From an uncultured beta proteobacterium (GTDB lineage Bacteria; Pseudomonadota; Gammaproteobacteria; Burkholderiales; Casimicrobiaceae): a stretch of 64,000 nt of DNA. Location: assembly GCA_963816165.1 (NCBI GenBank), contig CAWFJL010000010.1, forward strand, positions 65,651 through 129,650, written 5' to 3'. Below are positions 56,628-64,000 of the stretch, in pieces (positions within the stretch are counted from its first letter, which is position 1; each line of letters opens with the position of its first letter). The position numbers and the translations under genes are program-made. The notes beneath the pieces are model-generated. The model had not been told where the DNA came from. It searched no databases and saw only the letters and a program-made list of their open reading frames with translations.

Positions 56628-57513
56628 GGCGTAGAGGGTAACGGGCCGTGCCGAGGCGAGCGCGGCGGCCAGCGCCTCGCGCCACGGCCGCAGCGGCGTC
56701 AGGCCCGCTTCGGCGGATCAGCCGGCCGGACAGCGCCGAGTACGCGGGCCGCGGGGCGCGGGCCGGGGATGGCGGTCGGTGCCGACCGGGCGCACCCGCT
56801 CCGGATCGGCGCCGACGGCCTCGAACACGGCCCGGGCCTGGTCGAAGCGGCTGACCTCGCCGGCGTTGGCGGCGTGCAGCACCGGCTCGCGGATCGCTCC
56901 GCGTCGGCGAGCTGAGCAGCGCGCCGACCAGGTCACCGACGTACGTCGGCGAGCCGATCTGGTCGGCCACCACGTCGACCGTCCCGTCGCCGGCGGCCGA
57001 TCGTCGCATGATCGGCCGCGAAGTCGGTTCCGCCGCCGCCCTCGTAGATCCAGGCCGTGCGGACGACGTGCGCGTCGGGCATCGCGGCCAGCACCGCGAA
57101 CTCGCCTGCGAGCTTGGTGCGGCCGTACACGCTCAGCGGCCCGGTCTCGTCGTCGATCTCGTACGGGCTGTCGCTGTCGCAGCCGCAGAACACGTAGTCG
57201 GTGGAGATGTGGATCAGCTCGGCTCCGGCCCGCGCGCAGGCCTGCGCGACGTTCTCGGCGCCCGACGGCGTTGACGGCATGCGCCCGCGCTTCGTCGGCT
57301 CTCGGCGTCGTCGACCTTGGTGTAGGCGGCGCAGTTGACCACCACGTCGCCGGCTTCGACGAACCGCTCCGGCCGCCGGCGGCGTCGGTGATGTCCCACT
57401 CGGCCGAGGTCAGCGCCAGCACGTCGCGGCCCTGGCCGCGAGCCTGAGCTGCCAATCCGTCCGACCAGACCACCGGCACCGGTGATAACGATTCGGGCGA
57501 CTCGGCAAGACAT
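56624..57513 (-). CDS. rmlD: dTDP-4-dehydrorhamnose reductase, frameshifted
   Basis: ITGAGGLVG, NCAAYT, HISTDYVF, YGRTKLAGE, DQIGSPT, RPAYSAL. Confidence 0.92.
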
Positions 57514-57581
57514 AATGACGAGTCTGGCACGCCGACTCGGCGCTACCCGGTCTGCGGCCTTCTCGCAAGTAGCCTGGGCTG

Positions 57582-59068
57582 ATGCCCGCTCGCACTCACC
57601 CGCGTCATCGCCGTCGTCGATGGCACTGGCGGTCGTCGTCGGCACCGGCGTGGCCTGGGGCAAGATCCGGTCGTTCGAATCCGGCATCAACCACATCTCG
57701 CTCCGTCGCGCTCGGCGAGGGCGGCGAGGACGGCGCGATCGACATCCTGCTGGTCGGCATGGACAGCCGCACCGACGCGCACGGCAACCCGCTGTCCGAG
57801 GAGGAGCTGGCCACGCTGCGCGCCGGCGACGACGTGTCCACCAACACCGACACCATCATCCTGGTCCGCATCCCGAACAACGGGGAGTCGGCGACCGCGA
57901 TCTCGATCCCCCGCGACTCCTATGTCGAGGCGCCCGGCGTCGGCAAGACGAAGATCAACGGCGTCTACGGCTCGGTCAAGCTCGAGAAACGGACCGAGCT
58001 CGTCGAACAGACGGCATGGACCAGGCACGAGGCCGAACCGCAGGCCACCGAAGCCGGCCGCGAGGCGCTGATCAAGACCGTCGCGAGCCTGACCGGCGTC
58101 ACCGTCGACCACTACGCCGAGATCGGACTGCTCGGGTTCGCGCTGATCACCGACGCCCTCGGCGGCGTCGACGTGTGCCTGAAAGATGCGGTCTACGAAC
58201 CGCTTTCGGGTGCCGACTTCCCCGCCGGCTGGCAGAAGCTGGACGGCCCGCAGGCGCTGAGCTTCGTCCGCCAGCGCCACGATCTGCCCCGCGGCGACCT
58301 CGACCGGGTGGTGCGCCAGCAGGCGGTGATGGCGTCGCTGGCCCACCAGGTGATCTCCAGCAAGACGCTGTCCAGCCCGGCGACGCTGAACCGGCTGCAG
58401 GACGCGGTGCAGCGCTCGGTGGTGCTCTCTGACGGCTGGGACATCATGGAATTCGTCGAGCAGCTGCAGAAGCTGGCCGCGGGCAACGTCGCGTTCGCCA
58501 CCATCCCGGTGCTCCAGGAGAACGGCTGGAGCGACGACGGCATGCAGAGCGTGGTGCGGGTCGACCCGAGGCGAGGTCAAGGACTGGGTGGCCGGCCTGC
58601 TGCACGACCAGGACGAAGGCAAGACCGAGGAACTCGCCTACACGCCGGACAAGACCACCGTCGACGTGGTCAACGACACCGACATCAACGGACTCGCCGC
58701 CGCGGTCTCGCAGGTGCTGACCACCAAGGGCTTCGCCCCCGGCAACATCGGCAACCACGAGGGCGCGCCGGTGACCGGCAGCCAGGTGCAGGCCGCCAAG
58801 GCCGATGACCTTGGCGCGCAGGCGATTTCCAAGGATCTCGGCGGACTGCCGATCGTCGAGGACGCGTCGGTGGCACCGGGCTCGGTGCGGGTCGTGCTGG
58901 CCGCGGACTACACCGGACCCGGCTCGGGCCTGGACGGCACCGATCCGACGCTGGCCACCGCCGACCCGGCGGCTGCCGGATCCACCGATTCGACCGACGC
59001 CACCGATCCGAGCCGCCCGTCGCCGATCATCACCGCCGGCTCCGAACGACCCGGAGTGCGTCAACTGA
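57582..59068 (+). CDS. LytR-CpsA-Psr (LCP) cell-wall ligase (Rv3267 ortholog), frameshifted
   Basis: ILLVGMDSR, TDTIIL, SIPRDSY, FVRQRH...GDLDRVVRQQ, C-terminal PECVN. Confidence 0.92.
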
Positions 59069-59069
59069 C

Positions 59070-59775
59070 GTGACTACAGTCAGTTCGGCGATGCTCGATC
59101 CGCTCATGGCCGCCGACCCGGCCGGCCCGCGGATCACCTATTACGACGACGCCACCGGCGAGCGCATCGAGCTGTCCACGGTCACGCTGGCCAACTGGGC
59201 CGCCAAGACCGGCAACCTGCTGCGCGACGAATTGGGCGCAGGTCCCGGAGCCGGGTCGCCGTGCTGTTGCCCGCGCACTGGCAGACCGCGGCGGTGCTGT
59301 TCGGGATCTGGTGGATCGGTGCGGAAGTCGTGCTGACCGGAGACGCGGACGTCGCGCTGTGCACGGCCGACCGGCTGGCCGACGCCGACGATGCCGTCGG
59401 CGCGGGCGAGGTCGCGGTGCTGTCGCTCGACCCGTTCGGCAAGCCGGTGCCCGACCTGCCGGTGGGCGTCACCGACTACGCGACAGCGGTGCGCGTGCAC
59501 GGCGACCAGATCGTGCCGGAGCGCCGACCGGGGCCCGCGCTGGATGGCCGCCCGGTGGCCGACGTGCTCGCGCCGCCGAAGCCTCGGCAGGCGCACAGGG
59601 TTTCACGCGCGGCGACCGCGTGCATGTCGACGGCCGGCCTGGACCACCGCCGACGAACTGATCGACAACCTGTTGGCGGTCTTCACCGCCGGCGCCTCGC
59701 TTGTCCAGGTGGCGAACCCCGATATGCGCCACGCTCGATCGTCGCCGCGAGACGGAGAAAGTCACCCGCGGTTAA
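59070..59775 (+). CDS. TIGR03089 family protein (Rv3268 ortholog), frameshifted
   Basis: PRITYYDDATGERIELS..TLANWAAKTGNLL, LLPAHWQTA, VRVHGD. Confidence 0.88.
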
Positions 59776-59798
59776 CAGCGAAGTGCCACGCTGTGGAA

Positions 59799-61219
59799 AT
59801 GATCGGTCGGCGTCGATTTCTGGTGATCGGTGCTGGGCCGCGCCTCGTGGCGGCCTGTTCGAAGTCGCAGCCACAGGCTGCGGCACCCCCTTCGACCGGT
59901 GTCGGTCTTGCCGCCGGCGAGACCGACATCGACCTCGGCGGCGTCAAGGTTCGCACCTGGGCGTACGGAAACCAGGTCCCCGCCCGCGAGATCCGGCTCA
60001 AGAAGGGCGAGCGGCTGCGGGCGGAGCTGACCAACGCGATGCCGCAGGACGTGACCGTGCACTGGCACGGCATCGCCCTCGTCAACGACATGGACGGCGT
60101 GCCGGACCTGACGCAGGCCGCCGTGCCGAACGGTCAGAAGTTCACCTACGACTTCGTGGTCCCGGACGCCGGAACGTACTGGTTCCATTCGCATGTCGGC
60201 GCCCAACTCGACCGCGGCCTGTACGGACCACTGATCATCGAGGACCCGAACGAGAAGGTGGACTACGACGACGAGTTGGTTCTCGTCCTCGACGATTGGA
60301 TCGACGGCACCGGCACCAACCCGGACCAGGTCTTCGAAAACCTGAAGAAGTCCGGCATGAAGCCGATGGCACCCGGCGGCCCCGGCGTGACGCCCGACAA
60401 GCCCGATCGGCGAGGACGGCGGCGACGTCGACGTACCCCTACTTCGTCATCAATGGCCGGGTTCCCGCCGATCCACAGGTGGTGGATTACCGTGCGGGCC
60501 AACGGATTCGGCTACGCTGTCATCAATGCCGGGTCGGACACGTGCGTTCCGGGTGGCGGTACCCGAACACGACGATGAGGGTGATCCAGACCGACGGCTA
60601 CCCGGTGGTGCCGGTGCAGGCGAACTCGGTGATCCTCGGCATGGGCGAGCGGCTGGACGCGATCGTCACGGTGAACGGCTCGCTGCCGGTGGTCGCCGTG
60701 CCGGAGGGTAAGCAGGGCCACGCCCAGCTGAACATGCGGGTCAACAATGCGCCAAGCGCGGTCGAATGTCGACGACTTCGTCGCATCGGTACGCAAGGAG
60801 GCACCCCTCGACACCGCGACGTTGTCACCGACACCGGAGGTGACACTGGCGGCCAAGGCGCCGGATCAGGTGATCGACGCCCACCTGACCGGACCCGTCA
60901 ATGGATACACCTGGCCGGTCAATGGCAAGCTGTACGACCCGCCGAACGACGGGGTGCCGGTCAAGCCGAACCAGCGGGTCCGGATCCGCTTCATCAACGA
61001 GTCGATGATGTTCCACCCGTTCCACCTACACGGCCACACGTTCCAGGTGATGAGCAGCGAACGTTCCGAAGGCCCGCAAGGACACGGTGCTGGTGCCACC
61101 GAAGCAGACGGTGGAGGTCGACTTCGATACGAACAATCCCGGCAAGTGGATCAGCCACTGCCACAACACGTACCACCTCGAGGCGGGAATGGCGTTCTTC
61201 GTCGAGTCATCGGCTATAG
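59799..61219 (+). CDS. Multicopper oxidase lipoprotein (MmcO-like), frameshifted
   Basis: Tat signal RRRFL and AAC lipobox; HWHG, YWFHSH, HPFHLHGH, HCHNTYHLEAGM. Confidence 0.92.
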
Positions 61220-61225
61220 CCCGGA

Positions 61226-62391
61226 CTACTTCAGCAGCGCTCGCGACATCACGACGCGCTGAATCTGGTTGGTGCCCTCGTAGATCTGGGTGATCTTGGC
61301 GTCGCGCATGAACCGCTCGACGGGGAAGTCGGTGGTGTATCCGTAGCCGCCGAACAGCTGCACGGCGTCGGTGGTCACCTCCATCGCGACGTCGGATGCG
61401 AAGCACTTCGACGCCGAGGAGATGAAGCCGAGGTTGGGCTCGCCGCGTTCGGCACGCGCGGCGGCGGTGTACACCATCAGCCGCGCGGCCTCGAGCTTCA
61501 TCGCCATATCGGCGAGCATGAACTGCACGCCCTGGAAGTCGGCGATCGGCCTTGCCGAACTGCTTGCGCTCCTTGACATATGCGATCGCCGCATCCAGCG
61601 CGCCCTGCGCGATGCCCACCGCCTGCGCACCGATCGTCGGCCGGGTGTGGTCCAGGGTCGCCAGCGCGGTCTTGAAGCCGGTGCCGGGGTCGCCGATGAT
61701 CCGGTCGGCCGGAATGCGGCAGTCCTCGAAGTACAACTCGGTGGTGGGCGAGCCCTTGATGCCCATCTTGTGCTCCTTGGCGCCCACCACGAAGCCCGGA
61801 TCGTCCTTGTGCACGACGAACGCCGAGATGCCGTTGGCGCCCTTGTCCGGATCGGTCACGGCCATCACCGTGTACCAGGTCGAGTGGCCGCCGTTGGAGA
61901 TCCAGCACTTGGCGCCGTTGAGCACCCACTCGTCGCCCTCGAGCCGGGCACGGGTCCGCATCGACCGCGGCGTCGCTGCCGGCCTCGCGCTCGGACAGCG
62001 CGTACGACGCGACCGCCTCACCGGCGGCGATCGTCGGCAGCACCTGCTTCTTGAGTTCCTCGGAGCCGCGCATCAGCAGGCCCATGGTGCCCAGCTTGTT
62101 GCAGATCGGGATCAGCGACGACGACGCACACACCCGCGCCACCTCTTCGATGACGATGCAGGCGGCGACCGAGTCGCCGCCCTGGCCGCCGTACTCCTCA
62201 GGGATGTGAACCGCGGCGAACCCCGATGACGTCAGCGCCGCCAGCGCCTCGTCGGTATACCGGGCCTTCTCGTCGACGTCGGCCGCGTACGGGGCGATCT
62301 CCTTCTCGCACAGGTCACGCAGCACCGCACGCAGCTCGTTGTGCTCGTCGGCGAGCTTGAAAGCATCGAACGACGGGTTACCGATGGCCAT
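61226..62391 (-). CDS. fadE25: Acyl-CoA dehydrogenase (Rv3274c ortholog), frameshifted
   Basis: [50 protein letters not shown]. Confidence 0.9.
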
Positions 62392-62433
62392 GGCGACTCC
62401 TTACTACTCGCCGGTAACCTTACCGATCGACGA

Positions 62434-62947
62434 TCACTCTCCCAAGAGACGGTTCCGCAGCGCCGCGTCCTTTTGCAGCACCATGTCTGCCAGATTGCTC
62501 TGAAACTCCTCCATGCGCGTCCGCAGCGCGGCATCCGACGCGCCGAGGATGCGCACCGCCAGCAGTCCGGCGTTGCGGGCGCCGCCGATCGACACGGTGG
62601 CGACCGGCACGCCGGCGGGCATCTGCACGATCGACAGCAGCGAGTCCAGGCCGTCGAGCCTGGCCAGCGGCACCGGCACGCCGATCACGGGCAGCGGCGT
62701 CGCGGAGGCGACCATGCCGGGAAGGTGCGCCGCGCCGCCGGCGCCCGCGATGATCACCTCGATGCCGCGGCCGGCGGCGGTCGCGCGCGTAGTCGAGCAT
62801 GCGGCCGGGGGTGCGATGCGCGGACACCACGCCGACCTCGAACGGCACATCGAACTCGGCCAGCGCCTGCGCGGCGTCCTCCATCACCGACCAGTCGCTG
62901 TCGCTGCCCATGATCACGCCGACCCGCGGTTGGGGCGCACTAGTCAT
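62434..62947 (-). CDS. purE: N5-CAIR mutase, one frameshift
   Basis: [42 protein letters not shown]. Confidence 0.96.
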
Positions 62948-64000
62948 GTTCACTCCATCCGTCGGTCCACTCGGCGTGCGACAACCAGTGTGCGGCCCGG
63001 GTCGCACGTTCCCGCACATCGGCGACGTACGCGTCGTCGCCGAGCGAACCGCGTGCCGCGCCGAGGATGTTGACGTGCCCGATCTTGCGGCCGGGCCGCT
63101 CGCCCTTGCCGTACAGGTGAACCTTGGCCTCCGGCATCCGGGCGAACAGGTGATGCAGCCGCTCGTCCATGCTCATCGCCGGAGTCTGTTGCGCGCCAAG
63201 CACATTGGCCATCACCGTGACCGGCGCGATCGGTGCGGTGTCGCCCAGCGGATAGTCCAGCACCGCTCGCAGGTGCTGCTCGAACTGGCTGGTGCGCGCG
63301 CCGTCCATGCGTCCAGTGCCCGGAGTTGTGCGGACGCATCGCCAGCTCGTTGACCAGCAGCCGGCCGTCGACGGTCTCGAACAGCTCGACCGCCAGCACG
63401 CCGACCACGCCGAGTTCGTCGGCCAGCCGCAACGCGAGCTGCCCTGCTGCGCTGCCCAATTCGGCGTCCAGGTCGCGGCGCAGGGGCGATCACCTCGACG
63501 CAGATGCCGTCGCGCTGCACGGTCTGCACCACCGGCCATGCCGCACCCTGCCCGAACGGTGACCGCGCCACCAACGCCGCCAGTTCGCGCCGCATGGCGA
63601 CCTTCTCCTCGACCAGCACCGCTGCGCCGTCGGCCAGATACCTGCCCGCGACCTCACGCGCCTCGGCGACGTCACGCGGCCAGCGTCACGCCGCGGCCGT
63701 CGTAGCCGCCGCGCACCGTCTTGACCACGATGTCGGTGCCGACGCGCTCGGCGAACGCGTCGACGTCGGCCGACATCGGTCACCTCGGCGAAGCGCGGCA
63801 CCGGCGCGCCGAGCGCCTCCAGCCGCCGCCGCATCACGAGCTTGTCCTGCGCGTGGATGAGGGCGGACGGCGGCGGCGCCACGTTCACCCCGTCGGCGAC
63901 GAGCTTCTCGAGCAGTTCGGTCGGCACGTGCTCGTGATCGAACGTCAACGCGTCCGCACCCGCCGCCGCCTTCCGCAGCGCGTCCAGGTCGGTGTGCGCG
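62940..64000 (-). CDS. purK: N5-CAIR synthetase, 5' end outside the window, frameshifted
   Basis: [42 protein letters not shown]. Confidence 0.95.

Overview
High-GC Mycobacteriaceae (probably Mycolicibacterium-like) chromosomal segment, syntenic with the M. tuberculosis Rv3228-Rv3276c region: rsgA, desA3 and its oxidoreductase, tgs3, secA1, hpf, comF, lpqB-mtrB-mtrA-tmk, ahcY, alkB-rubAB-alkX, manA/pmmA, whiB2, fbiAB, manB-wbbL1-rmlD, an LCP gene, fadE25 and purEK. Most core genes carry several single-base frameshifts that look like consensus errors, whereas most accessory genes are intact. There are two main accessory blocks. Block 1 (about 1.0-9.4 kb) holds two copies of a terminator/His-rich secreted peptide/palindromic promoter module, an aldo-keto reductase remnant, a PanE-like gene, a baeRF-like gene, a methyltransferase and a STAND-type nucleotide cyclase bracketed by inverted REP-like repeats. 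Block 2 (about 19.3-31.8 kb, between comF and lpqB) holds a twice-repeated AraC cassette with a shared operator, a Cys-rich uORF, a divergent Crp, an O-methyltransferase, a two-subunit molybdenum hydroxylase, DUF2252, and a three-gene Rieske/membrane-protein operon behind a SigL-like promoter. I saw no rRNA, tRNA, CRISPR array, integrase or transposase. Family assignments come from motif recognition and synteny, not from database searches. Ends of frameshifted genes are approximate.
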